A stretch of DNA of 64,000 bases. It comes from Acidimicrobiia bacterium (lineage in GTDB: Bacteria > Actinomycetota > Acidimicrobiia > Spongiisociales > ZC4RG35). Location: assembly GCA_036555105.1 (NCBI GenBank), contig DATBMA010000031.1, forward strand, positions 1,325 to 65,324, in the 5' to 3' direction. A program made the translations under genes and the position numbers. Positions 30,053-39,169 of the stretch are shown one piece after another. The first letter of the stretch is position 1, and every line of letters begins with the position of its first letter. The notes below the pieces were generated by a model. The model saw only the letters and a program-made list of their open reading frames with translations. It had not been told where the DNA came from and made no database searches.

Positions 30053-31120
30053 GTGCCCGAGACCCCTCCCGGTCTGATCCAGGTCCTGCAACGGCTGGCC
30101 CCCGGCACCAGCCTGCGCCAGGCTCTCGAGCGGATCATCCAGCAGGGGAGCGGCGCCCTCGTTTCACTCGGCCTCAACCAGGCTGTGCAATCGGTGACTT
30201 CGGGAGGCTTCCGGCTTCAGGGGGCGACGTTCACCCCGGCCCGCCTCGCCGAGCTGGCCAAGATGGATGGGGGGATCATCCTCGACGACGACTGGGAGCG
30301 GATCCTGGCGGCCAACGTCCACTTCCTGCCGCCGGCAAACCTGCCGACCGACGAGACCGGGGCCAGGCATCGCACTGCCCAGCGCCTCGCCGCCCACGCC
30401 CGGCGCCCGGTCGTAGCCGTCAGCCGGGGACGCAACGTTGCCACCCTCTTCTATGAGGACGCCAAGATCGAGCTGGCCAGCCCCACCATCCTCGTGGCAC
30501 GAGTCACTCAGGACCTGCAGACCCTCGAACGGCTGCGCCGGAGCCTGGACGAGTCGGAGGAGCGGCTGACCCTGTTGGAGGCCACCGGCCTGGTCACCTA
30601 TCGGGCGGCGGTGACCGTCCTGCAACGGGCCGAGCTCGTGCTGAGGATGGGGCACCTGATCGAACGGGACGCCGTCACGCTGGGGGAGGAGGGCCGCCTG
30701 GTCTGGATCCAGCTGGCGGATCTCCGTCGGGGGGTCGAGAACCTGAGAGAGGCCACGCTCGACGACTACATAAAGCCCAGGCGCCCGCGGGTGAGCGCCG
30801 AGGCCCTGGAGGCCCTCGAGGGGCTGGCGATGGCGGAGCTCGATGACCCGGCCAAGGTCGGGAAAGCAGTCACCTTCCCTGAGCTCGACGAGACCGCCTC
30901 CCCCCGCGGAGCCCGGCTCTTGCTGCGGGCCGGCCGTATCCCAGAGAACGTACAAGACGAGTTGCTCAGGCATTTCCGCACTCTCGACCGCCTCCTCAGC
31001 GCTTCTACCGAAGAGTTGGAGGAGGTGGAGGGAATCGGCCCCAGCCGGGCCACTCACCTCCGCCGCTTCTTCGATCGCATCGAGGTGGCCGCCTCTTCCT
31101 GGGAACCGGACCTGGGCTGA
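30053..31120 (+). CDS. disA: DNA integrity scanning protein DisA (diadenylate cyclase)
   Basis: Has DAC-domain motifs (GALVSLG, DGGIILD, GARHRTAQR) and a C-terminal HhH. The start codon is GTG. Confidence 0.85.
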   Translation: MPETPPGLIQVLQRLAPGTSLRQALERIIQQGSGALVSLGLNQAVQSVTSGGFRLQGATFTPARLAELAKMDGGIILDDDWERILAANVHFLPPANLPTDETGARHRTAQRLAAHARRPVVAVSRGRNVATLFYEDAKIELASPTILVARVTQDLQTLERLRRSLDESEERLTLLEATGLVTYRAAVTVLQRAELVLRMGHLIERDAVTLGEEGRLVWIQLADLRRGVENLREATLDDYIKPRRPRVSAEALEALEGLAMAELDDPAKVGKAVTFPELDETASPRGARLLLRAGRIPENVQDELLRHFRTLDRLLSASTEELEEVEGIGPSRATHLRRFFDRIEVAASSWEPDLG

Positions 31121-31129
31121 AGCTAAAGC

Positions 31130-31193
31130 GGTCCAAGGTCCCACGGTCCCCAGGTCTCACGGTGAGACCGCGTGACTGTGAGACTGTGAGACC
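31130..31193. repeat. octamer tandem-repeat array E (8 units, 4 forward + 4 inverted)
   Basis: Units are GGTCCAAG GTCCCACG GTCCCCAG GTCTCACG | GTGAGACC GCGTGACT GTGAGACT GTGAGACC. It starts 9 nt after the disA stop. Confidence 0.85.
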
Positions 31194-31213
31194 TCTGTAA
31201 GCTCTGCAGATCC

Positions 31214-31744
31214 ATGGCCGAGAAAAAGACATCTACCCGCGCCACCTCCAAGTACGGCGTGGGTGACAAAGTCGTCCACCCCACTCACGGGGCGGCGACC
31301 ATCCAGGCCAAGAAGCGCATTCAGGTGGATGGGGGGCGACGCGACTATTACGTGCTCGACATCGCCACCGAGTCTCTGACCGTGCTGGTCCCGGTCGAGA
31401 AGATCGACGAGTCGGTTCGCTCCGTGATCTCGAAGAACATGGCCCGAACGGTTCTCACCTCGCTCAAGACCGAGCCGCAAGAGGCCGGGGCCAACTGGAG
31501 CCGCTGGTACAAGGTGCTGAGCGAGAAGATGTATTCGGGGGAGATCATGCAGGTGGCCGAGGTGGTCAGGGACCTCTCGTATGCCCAACAGACGAAGGGG
31601 ATCTCGCCTGCCCTCAAGCGGATGCTCTCCAAGGCCCGTATGGCCCTCATCTCCGAGTTGAGCTTTTCGCTCGAGGTCGACGAGGAGGAGGCCACCCGCC
31701 GGCTCGACCGGGCACTGCCCAAGATCGAGGCGGAGGAAGAGTGA
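31214..31744 (+). CDS. carD: CarD-family transcriptional regulator
   Basis: The N-terminus has a Tudor-like motif (YGVGDKVVHPTHGAATI). It sits at the conserved position before ispF and cysS. Confidence 0.85.
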   Translation: MAEKKTSTRATSKYGVGDKVVHPTHGAATIQAKKRIQVDGGRRDYYVLDIATESLTVLVPVEKIDESVRSVISKNMARTVLTSLKTEPQEAGANWSRWYKVLSEKMYSGEIMQVAEVVRDLSYAQQTKGISPALKRMLSKARMALISELSFSLEVDEEEATRRLDRALPKIEAEEE

Positions 31745-32217
31745 CCGCCAGGACCGGTTGGGGATTCGATGCCCACCGGTTCGGCGGAGAGCCACCCATC
31801 GTCCTGGCCGGGGTCGCGGTCGACTCCAGCCGAGGGCTGGAAGCCACTTCCGACGGCGACGTGGTTGCGCATGCGGTGATCGACGCCGTGCTGGGGGCGG
31901 CGGCGCTCGGCGACATCGGTTCATTGTTCCCGTCGTCCGATCCCAAGTGGGCCGGCGCAGACAGCATCGCCATGCTCGCCGACGCCATGGACAGAGCCAA
32001 CGCGGCCGGCCTGGCCGTCTCGCATCTCGACGTGACCATCGTCTCCGAGGATGTGCGGGTGCAGCCACATCGTGAGGACATGCGGGCGCGCCTGGCGGAG
32101 GTCATGGGCCTCGGTCCGAACCAGGTCTCGGTCAAGGCCACCACTACGGATGGCCTCGGCCTGACCAGCCGCGAAGGTGTGGCGGCAGTCGCGGTGGTCA
32201 CCGCCTCTACGATCTGA
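31741..32217 (+). CDS. ispF: 2-C-methyl-D-erythritol 2,4-cyclodiphosphate synthase
   Basis: Has GWGFDAHRF and SDGDVVAHA motifs. The GTG start overlaps the carD stop. Confidence 0.9.
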   Translation: MTARTGWGFDAHRFGGEPPIVLAGVAVDSSRGLEATSDGDVVAHAVIDAVLGAAALGDIGSLFPSSDPKWAGADSIAMLADAMDRANAAGLAVSHLDVTIVSEDVRVQPHREDMRARLAEVMGLGPNQVSVKATTTDGLGLTSREGVAAVAVVTASTI

Positions 32218-32225
32218 GGCGTTCC

Positions 32226-33632
32226 ATGCAGGTCCACAGCACCCTCGGTCGCGCCTTGGTCGACCTACGACCCCGGGATCCGGGCCGAATCGGGATGTAC
32301 GTGTGTGGGGCCACCGTCCAGTCGGAGCCGCACGTCGGTCACGGGCGGTACGCGGTCGTATTCGACGTCATCCGCCGCTACTTGCAGTGGCGCGGGTTCG
32401 TTGTCACCTATGTGAGAAACATCACCGACATCGACGACAAGATCATCTCTGCCGCCGCCGAGGCTGGAGAGTCGGTTGACGAGAGGGCGGAACGTATCTC
32501 CCGCATATTCGCGGATGCCTATCGCGACCTCGGGGTCGACCCTCCCGACGTGGAGCCCAAGGCCACCGAGCACATCCCGGACATGGTGGATTTGATCTCC
32601 CGGCTGATCGAGCGTGGTCTCGCCTATCAGGGCAAGAACGGCGATGTGTATTTCGCAGTGCGGGCCTTCGAGGAATACGGCAGGCTGTCGGGCCGCCACG
32701 TCGACGAGTTGCTGGCAGGGGCACGGGTCGAGGTCTCTCCCTTCAAGCGCGACCCCCTCGACTTCGCGCTGTGGAAGGCCGCCAAGCCGGGGGAGCCTGC
32801 CTGGGAATCCCCATGGGGGGAGGGCCGGCCCGGCTGGCACATCGAGTGCTCGGCCATGGCCGCCCGCTACCTCGGGGAGGACTTCGACATCCACGGTGGA
32901 GGCGCAGATCTGATCTTCCCCCACCACGAAAACGAGATCGCTCAGTCCGAGGGCGCAACGGGCCAGCCCTTTGCCCGGTTCTGGCTCCACAACGGGATGG
33001 TCAATCTCTCCGGGGAGAAGATGTCGAAGTCGACCGGCCGCCTGATCGGCCTCCAGGAAGTGATCGCAGCCTACGGAGGACCGGCCGTCCGCCTCTTCTA
33101 CCTCCGGGCCCACTACCGCTCGCCCATCGAGTTCAGCGATTCACTGTTGGAAGACGCGGCCGCCGCTGCCGAGCGGCTTGGCCGCACACTGGAGCGGATC
33201 GGCCCTGCCCTGGACGAGCCAGACCCGGCCGCACTCGCCGAGTTCACGGCTGCCATGGACGACGACTTCTCGACTCCGGAGGCGCTCGGGATCCTCTTCG
33301 ATGCCCTCCGCGAGAGCAACCGGCTGCTCGACGCCGGGGAGCCCGCCGGCTCGGTCGGTGCAGTTGTCGTGACGATGGCTGAGGTCTTGGGGCTGGGAGT
33401 TCCGGAAACGGCGGCGATCGACGATCTGGCGGTTGCGCTGGCCGAGCTCGGGGCGACGTTCGGGGTGGAGGAGGGAGACCCGGTGGCAACTCTCGACGGG
33501 CTGGTGGAAGCTCGCGAAGCCGCCAGGAGCCGGAAGGACTTCGCCGCGGCCGATGCCATCCGTCAGGGCTTGGCGAAGGTCGGGGTTGCCATCGAGGACA
33601 CGCCGGCCGGGGCCCGTTGGCGTCGTGGGTGA
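32226..33632 (+). CDS. cysS: cysteine--tRNA ligase
   Basis: Has the HVGH (HIGH-type) and KMSKS motifs. Confidence 0.95.
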   Translation: MQVHSTLGRALVDLRPRDPGRIGMYVCGATVQSEPHVGHGRYAVVFDVIRRYLQWRGFVVTYVRNITDIDDKIISAAAEAGESVDERAERISRIFADAYRDLGVDPPDVEPKATEHIPDMVDLISRLIERGLAYQGKNGDVYFAVRAFEEYGRLSGRHVDELLAGARVEVSPFKRDPLDFALWKAAKPGEPAWESPWGEGRPGWHIECSAMAARYLGEDFDIHGGGADLIFPHHENEIAQSEGATGQPFARFWLHNGMVNLSGEKMSKSTGRLIGLQEVIAAYGGPAVRLFYLRAHYRSPIEFSDSLLEDAAAAAERLGRTLERIGPALDEPDPAALAEFTAAMDDDFSTPEALGILFDALRESNRLLDAGEPAGSVGAVVVTMAEVLGLGVPETAAIDDLAVALAELGATFGVEEGDPVATLDGLVEAREAARSRKDFAAADAIRQGLAKVGVAIEDTPAGARWRRG

Positions 33633-34407
33633 GTCGAGGGTCGGCTCCGGCTACGGGGCCAGGGTCGAGGGACTTCACGCAGTCGAGGCGGCAGTGGAGG
33701 CGGGAAGGGTCCGCCGTCTTTGGATCGAGGAGTCCCGGCTAGCGGATTTGAAAGGGTTGGTCGCCTCGGCCAGAGGAATCGGAGCTGAGGTCGAAGTCGT
33801 TGCCGACCTGACCGAGGACGCACACACGTCCAGCCCCCAAGGAGTGGCCGCCGACTGCGTGCCCCATCGGTCGCTGCAATTGCGCGAGTTGGTCGAAGTT
33901 GCGTGGCCGCCCGCTCTCCTGGTGTGCGACCACATCCAGGACCCACAGAACCTCGGGGCGCTGGCACGCTCCGCCCTCGCCTCGGGTGCCAGCGGGATGG
34001 TGGTTCCCGACCGCAGATCCGCCCCGCTCTCGGCCGCCGCCTTCAAGGCCGCGGCCGGTGCCTTGGAGCACCTCCCTGTGGTCGTAGTTGGCTCGGTGGC
34101 GGAGGCGCTCCGGACGATCAAACAGCTAGGAGTGTGGACGGTTGGGCTTGCTGCCGACGGCTCGGACTCGCTTTTCGGGCTGTCGCTGCTTTCGGAACCG
34201 GTGGCCGTCGTGCTCGGACAGGAGCAAGGTGGCCTCACCCGCCTCGTCCGTGAGCGGGTCGACGTGGTCGCCCGCATTCCTCAGGATCCGAAGGTTGAGA
34301 GCCTCAACGTCTCGGTGGCCGGCGCCCTGGCGATGTTCGAGGTGATGAGAATCAGGTCTCAGCAGTCGGGTCTCAAGAGTCGCGGTTCATCTTCGGCACC
34401 TGCATGA
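33625..34407 (+). CDS. rlmB: TrmH/SpoU-family 23S rRNA 2'-O-methyltransferase
   Basis: Has SpoU motifs (DPQNLGALARSA, LNVSVAGA). GTG 33625 overlaps the cysS stop. The listed upstream extension overlaps cysS out of frame. Confidence 0.75.
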   Translation: MGESRVGSGYGARVEGLHAVEAAVEAGRVRRLWIEESRLADLKGLVASARGIGAEVEVVADLTEDAHTSSPQGVAADCVPHRSLQLRELVEVAWPPALLVCDHIQDPQNLGALARSALASGASGMVVPDRRSAPLSAAAFKAAAGALEHLPVVVVGSVAEALRTIKQLGVWTVGLAADGSDSLFGLSLLSEPVAVVLGQEQGGLTRLVRERVDVVARIPQDPKVESLNVSVAGALAMFEVMRIRSQQSGLKSRGSSSAPA

Positions 34408-34744
34408 ACCATTCGACGAACCGGGTGCACTTCCCCTCATCGTCGAAGTCCAGTTGCCAGATGTTCCAGTAGGAGCGACCGGCCGCATAGTGAGTGACAC
34501 CGGTAGTGACTGCCCGATTGCCTTCCACCACCGCTGGTCGGTATTCGGCTTCCCAACTGCCCGGCTCATCGGGGGTCAGCATCCAGTTCTCGACGATGGC
34601 ATCTGCCCCTCGCAGAGGCTCATCCCAGGGGTGGTAGGCATAGGTGGCGTCATCACTGAACAGTCCCCGCACCACCTTGGGGTCATAGTGTCGCCAGGCC
34701 TCGATGTAACGATCGAGCCACTCCTGCACCTGTTCATGGTTCAC
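34373..34744 (-). CDS. SnoaL-like / NTF2-fold protein
   Basis: Has an NTF2-like pattern (QEWLDRYIEAW..DDATYAYHPW..). GTG 34744 is chosen because the longer ORF would run into the tRNA. Confidence 0.6.
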   Translation of the reverse strand: MNHEQVQEWLDRYIEAWRHYDPKVVRGLFSDDATYAYHPWDEPLRGADAIVENWMLTPDEPGSWEAEYRPAVVEGNRAVTTGVTHYAAGRSYWNIWQLDFDDEGKCTRFVEWFMQVPKMNRDS

Positions 34745-34771
34745 TTCGGTCCACCTCCATCGTGATCGCGG

Positions 34772-34844
34772 AGCCGGGTGCCGGAATCGAACCGGCGACA
34801 TCCTCTTTACAAGAGAGGTGCTCTACCGACTGAGCTAACCCGGC
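34772..34844 (-). tRNA. tRNA-Thr (anticodon TGT)
   Basis: The reverse complement folds as acceptor GCCGGGT/ACCCGGC, D arm GCTC-AGTCGGTA-GAGC, anticodon stem CCTCT/AGAGG with loop CTTGTAA, and T arm GCCGG-TTCGATT-CCGGC. Confidence 0.9.
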
Positions 34845-34871
34845 CATATGACGGCCCAGGATGGGGCGCCG

Positions 34872-34886
34872 ATTCCATTCTGGTCG
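34872..34886 (-). promoter_or_regulatory. conserved 15-mer CGACCAGAATGGAAT, 27 nt upstream of tRNA-Thr(TGT)
   Basis: This is the same element, at the same spacing, as 1384-1398. It is preceded by decayed octamer units (34893-34935). Confidence 0.4.
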
Positions 34887-35099
34887 CTGGCAGAGTCTCA
34901 AAGTCTCACGTCGCACGTCTCATGACCAGGAGCTGAGACATGCTAGGTGGGGCCTGGGGCGGCTTCGATTGAGCGACTCGGGGATGGCCCGATCAAGACG
35001 AAAAGAGATCCGGCTTGCCCGCCGGCTCCATCGGGATGGTCATCGCCCCGCCCATAAACACCCCGGCGGCACCCACCACGGGCATCCAGGTCGGGTCCT

Positions 35100-35693
35100 A
35101 TGTGTGGGGGGGGCGTGTGGATACCCTGGCCGGACCGATGCCCAGACCGAGAATGCGCCTTGGCCGGTAAGCACGTAGCCAGCCGCGGAGGCTCGTTTTA
35201 CCGGGATTTGGGGGTGATGCTCGCCCTGATCTTGGGGGTGGCCGCCTTCATATTCTTCGGCTTGCGGGCACTGTCGGGCGGGGCCGAGGAGACCACCACC
35301 CTGTCGACCCTCAGCGCCGTCTCATCGACCACCACCACCGCCGTTCCGACGACGACCACTACCGCAGCGCCGACCACAGTCCCCGCCTCGACCACAACGA
35401 CCGCTCCGCTGCGGGCGCCGGCCGACATCGCCGTGCTCGTCCTCAACTCGACCGGCGTCACCGGTCTGGCCAGCGTCGTCTCCGATCAGGTCGGAGCCCT
35501 CGGCTACCGGATGCTTACCCCGGGCAACTATCAGCCGGTGCTCGAACAGACCCGCATCTGGTTCCAGCCCGGCTTCGGGGGGGAGGCGATCGCCCTGGCT
35601 GCCCAGTTCCCCGACGCTCTCATCGAGGAGAACCAGGTGCCAGACACCGAGGCGAACATCGTGATCGTCGTGGGCAACTCCTACCAGGCCTGA
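35100..35693 (+). CDS. LytR_C-domain membrane protein with Thr-rich linker
   Basis: Has a TM (VMLALILGVAAFIFFGL), a TTTT-rich linker and a LytR_C-like end (VLVLNSTGVTGLA..IVIVVGNSY). The start is very uncertain; GTG 35214 and ATG 35217 are alternatives. Confidence 0.55.
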   Translation: MCGGGVWIPWPDRCPDRECALAGKHVASRGGSFYRDLGVMLALILGVAAFIFFGLRALSGGAEETTTLSTLSAVSSTTTTAVPTTTTTAAPTTVPASTTTTAPLRAPADIAVLVLNSTGVTGLASVVSDQVGALGYRMLTPGNYQPVLEQTRIWFQPGFGGEAIALAAQFPDALIEENQVPDTEANIVIVVGNSYQA

Positions 35694-35694
35694 G

Positions 35695-36558
35695 ATGTTC
35701 CGCACCGGTGGGCGCTCCCGCCACGCGTGGACCGTGGCGGCTCTGACGATGCTGGCGGGTGTCGGCATCACCTTGGCTGTGGGGGTGCTGTCGGGGATCT
35801 TCTCTTATGGGCTGCTCCTCGACCTCGTCTCGCTTTGGCCCTTCCTGCTGGTCCCGGTCGGGGCCTGGGCGTACCAGCTCGTGCGCGAGCCGCGCACGAT
35901 GCGGGCGACCGCCATTCCCTCGCTCCTCTTCCTCAGCTGGCTGGTGCTGGCGGCGGCAGCCCATTTCAGCGGATGGTCTGCCCTGCCATCATCGAGTGCC
36001 GAGCTCGTCGGCCCCACCTCGGAGGGTGTGGGCAGTGCATACCTGAGCATCAAACCAGTCGGCTGGTTGCAGATCGAAGAGGGGAGCGGAAACTCCCTAT
36101 ACAGAGTGAGCTTCATCCGGCGCGGGGGCCAGGTGGGGGCGCCGATCGCCACCGAGGCACGCGAGGAGGACCTGTTCCAGATCACGATCGAGGAGAACGA
36201 CAGCCCGATCTGGTTTCAGTACGCCGGCTGGGCGGCCGAACTGAGCTCGCAGGTCCGTTGGGAGTTGGACCTTGCCGGAGACATGCGGGCCGACCTCGAG
36301 GGAATCGAGGTAGGGGGCCTAAACGCCAATGGCCTCGGTGTGATAGCCCTTGGCATTGCCGAGGGGCCCACGCAGGTCCGCCTCGAAGGGGACTTCGAGT
36401 TGCGTCTGCCCGCCGACGCGCCGGCGGCTGTGACCGGCGTCGTTGAGGTGCCCGACGACTGGGTGGAGATCGAGGGCGGCTTCCGCTCTCCAGAGGCAGG
36501 TGATGGTTGGCAGATCAGCCGGGTTGGAGAGGGGTCCCTGATCATCTCTCAGCCCTGA
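35695..36558 (+). CDS. membrane protein of unknown function (4 TM + beta-rich C-terminal domain)
   Basis: The hydrophobic N-terminal third is followed by an acidic, repeat-like beta region. The ATG lies 1 nt after the upstream stop. Confidence 0.55.
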   Translation: MFRTGGRSRHAWTVAALTMLAGVGITLAVGVLSGIFSYGLLLDLVSLWPFLLVPVGAWAYQLVREPRTMRATAIPSLLFLSWLVLAAAAHFSGWSALPSSSAELVGPTSEGVGSAYLSIKPVGWLQIEEGSGNSLYRVSFIRRGGQVGAPIATEAREEDLFQITIEENDSPIWFQYAGWAAELSSQVRWELDLAGDMRADLEGIEVGGLNANGLGVIALGIAEGPTQVRLEGDFELRLPADAPAAVTGVVEVPDDWVEIEGGFRSPEAGDGWQISRVGEGSLIISQP

Positions 36559-36573
36559 GTAACCTCGTCGAAT

Positions 36574-37818
36574 ATGCCTGAACCGAGGTCGGAGAACGTC
36601 AGGCGGACGGCCTTCTTCATCTGGGCTCTGGTCGGGGCAGGAGTCCTGGGCTGGGGTGTCCTGAAACTGGTCGGAGCGGTCGAGATCATATGGTTGCCGC
36701 TGATCTTCGCCGCCGGCCTGGTACTCCTCCTCAACCCCCTGGTCGAGTTCCTCGTGCGCAGAAGGACCCCACGGGTGGTGGCCGCCTTTCTCGCACTCGG
36801 TTTCCTGATCGGTCTGATCGTTGTGGGGATCGTCCTCCTCGCCCCGGTGGTGCGCGAGCAGGCCGCCCAGTTCGCAACTTCGCTGCCGAACCTCTGGAAC
36901 AACATCATCGTCTGGGTCAACGACCTCGGCGAGCGCTTCGGGGTCGATCTGGCTCCGCCCTCATTCGAGACCATCCAACAGTGGATCCAGGATCCGGCCA
37001 ACCAAGAGACGATCCAGAACCTGATATCGACTCTCGGGGTGGGGGCAGGGCGCCTCCTGGCCGGTGTGGCCCATGCCGGGGCGGTCACGATCCTCGCCCC
37101 TCTGCTCGCTCTCTACCTCCTCATCGACCTGCCCCGTACCAAAGCCCTGGCCTATGAGCTCACGCCGCCACGCCACCGGCCGGAGGCCTCATACGTGGCA
37201 GGACAACTGGGCACCGCGATGGGAAGCTTCGTCAGGGGCCAGCTGATGGTGGCCGTAGTCGTGGGAACTCTCTCCTCGATCGGCATGGCCCTCATCGACC
37301 TGCCCTTCTTCCTGATCGTCGGGATCCTGGCGGGGGTCTTGAACTTGATCCCGTTCGCCGGGCCCATCGTCGGCGGAGCCTTGGCGGCGATCATCGCCCT
37401 CCTCAACGGAGACGTGACCCAGGCGATCTGGGCAGTTGCGATCATGATCGGCATCCAGCAACTGGACAACCACCTGATCACCCCGCTGGTGCAGCGGACC
37501 CGGGTCAAGCTGTCGCCGGTGGTCATCGTCCTGGCCCTGATCCTGGGCGGGGCCCTGGCCGGGCTGGTGGGTGTGCTGATTGCGGTCCCGCTCGTGGCGG
37601 CGGTCCGAATCGTCGTCGGTCACTTCTGGCGCACCCGGATGCTCGGCGAGTCGTGGGAAGAGGCGTCGGAGGCCGCGATCGAGATCACCCCGCCCCCCGA
37701 GCGGATCGCCGGCCTGCGGCGACGCGACCCGACCGACCAGCAGAAGCTGTTCGACACCGCCGAGCAATCTGTCCCGGTGGCCGAAGAGCCAAGTCCAGTA
37801 GTCGAAGTAACCAAGTAG
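36574..37818 (+). CDS. AI-2E family transporter (PerM/UPF0118)
   Basis: This is a polytopic protein with the typical NLIPFAGPIVGG and QQLDNHLITP motifs. Confidence 0.8.
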   Translation: MPEPRSENVRRTAFFIWALVGAGVLGWGVLKLVGAVEIIWLPLIFAAGLVLLLNPLVEFLVRRRTPRVVAAFLALGFLIGLIVVGIVLLAPVVREQAAQFATSLPNLWNNIIVWVNDLGERFGVDLAPPSFETIQQWIQDPANQETIQNLISTLGVGAGRLLAGVAHAGAVTILAPLLALYLLIDLPRTKALAYELTPPRHRPEASYVAGQLGTAMGSFVRGQLMVAVVVGTLSSIGMALIDLPFFLIVGILAGVLNLIPFAGPIVGGALAAIIALLNGDVTQAIWAVAIMIGIQQLDNHLITPLVQRTRVKLSPVVIVLALILGGALAGLVGVLIAVPLVAAVRIVVGHFWRTRMLGESWEEASEAAIEITPPPERIAGLRRRDPTDQQKLFDTAEQSVPVAEEPSPVVEVTK

Positions 37819-37885
37819 CCCCAACACAAAAGGCGTCGGTTGGCACGGCCTGGCCGGAGCCCCGACCCTTACACTCCCGGCGGTC

Positions 37886-39169
37886 GTGGGTTCCCCGATC
37901 AGGGTTGGTTTGAGGCTCGCCGCCGTCGCCTTCTTCGTGCTGGCCTTCCCCCTGGCCGCATTGGCAGAGGGCGAAGTCATGGCCGGCACGCTGATATCGC
38001 GGCAAGGTCAAGACCGGGTGCCGGTGGCAGGAGTCACGATCGTCGTGTCACAGGACGGGACCGAGATCGGTCGGGCTACCTCAGACGACCAGGGCGCATG
38101 GGAGGTGCCGCTGCCGGGGGGAGGTACATACTCGGTCAAGCTCGATGTGACCACCCTGCCGGAAGGCGTCGCCCTCACCGATCCCACAAAAGAAGAGCTG
38201 CCCTCGGTCAGTGTCCTCGACGGCCAGCGCAAGACCGTGTTGTTCCCCCTCGGTGAGGGCACGGTCAGCACCGTCACCACCTATCAGCGGGTCATGGGCC
38301 TTTTCATCGCCGGGCTCAAGCTTGGCGCCATCATCGCCATGGCGGCCGTGGGCCTCTCCCTCGTGTACGGCGTGACCAAGCTCGTGAACTTCGCCCACGG
38401 GGAGATGGTCACTCTGGGGGCGGTGCTGGCCTACCTGTTCCACGCCACCGATGGATGGCCGATGTGGCCGCTGCTGCTCGCGGCAATTCCGGCGGTTCTC
38501 TTGACTGCCGGATTCGGCGGATTGCAGGAGCTGGCTCTGTGGCGCCCGCTGCGGAGGCGACGAACCGATCTGATCGCCATGATGGTCGTCTCGATCGGGC
38601 TGGCATTCGCGGTGCGCAGCCTCATCCAGATCTTCTTCGGCGGCCTACCGCGTTCGTACCCCCAATACGCAGGACAGGCGCCGATTCCCTTCCTTGGTGT
38701 TTCGGTGCCGCCCAAGCAACTGATCACGATCCTGGTCGCGCTCGTGGTGCTGGCCGGGGTGGGCCTATTCCTGCAGAAGACCCGGGCCGGAACCGCGATG
38801 CGGGCCATCTCCGACGACCCCGACCTGGCCGAGTCATCGGGCATCGATGCTGACCGCGTGATCCTCTTCACGTGGCTGTTGGCTGGGGGGCTGGCAGGGA
38901 TGGCCGGCGTGTTCTTCGGAGTCAACGAGTCGGTTACCTACGACATGGGCTTCACCCTCCTTTTGCTGATGTTTGCGGCGGTCGTGCTGGGCGGTCTGGG
39001 CACCGCCTACGGGACGATGTTGGGCGGCTTCATCGTCGGGGTGGCGGTTGAGATGAGCACCCTCTTCGTCCCGAGCGAGTTGAAGTCGGCTGTGGGGCTC
39101 GTGATCCTGATCGTGATGCTGCTCGTGCGCCCCCAGGGGATACTCGGCACCAGGGAGAGAATCGGCTGA
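37886..39169 (+). CDS. livH: branched-chain amino-acid ABC permease (LivH-type) with N-terminal exported Ig-like extension
   Basis: A signal peptide plus a beta domain of about 100 aa (VAGVTIVVSQDGTEIGRATSDDQGAWEVPLP) precedes the LivH core (LVYGVTKLVNFAHGEM). Confidence 0.8.
   Translation: MGSPIRVGLRLAAVAFFVLAFPLAALAEGEVMAGTLISRQGQDRVPVAGVTIVVSQDGTEIGRATSDDQGAWEVPLPGGGTYSVKLDVTTLPEGVALTDPTKEELPSVSVLDGQRKTVLFPLGEGTVSTVTTYQRVMGLFIAGLKLGAIIAMAAVGLSLVYGVTKLVNFAHGEMVTLGAVLAYLFHATDGWPMWPLLLAAIPAVLLTAGFGGLQELALWRPLRRRRTDLIAMMVVSIGLAFAVRSLIQIFFGGLPRSYPQYAGQAPIPFLGVSVPPKQLITILVALVVLAGVGLFLQKTRAGTAMRAISDDPDLAESSGIDADRVILFTWLLAGGLAGMAGVFFGVNESVTYDMGFTLLLLMFAAVVLGGLGTAYGTMLGGFIVGVAVEMSTLFVPSELKSAVGLVILIVMLLVRPQGILGTRERIG

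Noticed and set aside
35106-35113. A G8 homopolymer lies at the junction of ORFs 34861-35178 and 35100-35693. It was considered as a possible frameshift or phase-variation site for the LytR_C gene.
   Set aside because: None of the three upstream frames gives a convincing protein N-terminus. A start at about 35214 just before the TM helix explains the gene without any frameshift.
34861-35178. A 105-aa plus-strand ORF is listed here. The 34845-35213 gap was also examined for a possible structured RNA.
   Set aside because: The peptide is Arg/His/Gly-rich and not protein-like. I could not match the region to SRP, 6S, RNase P or any riboswitch consensus from memory, so it remains unassigned.
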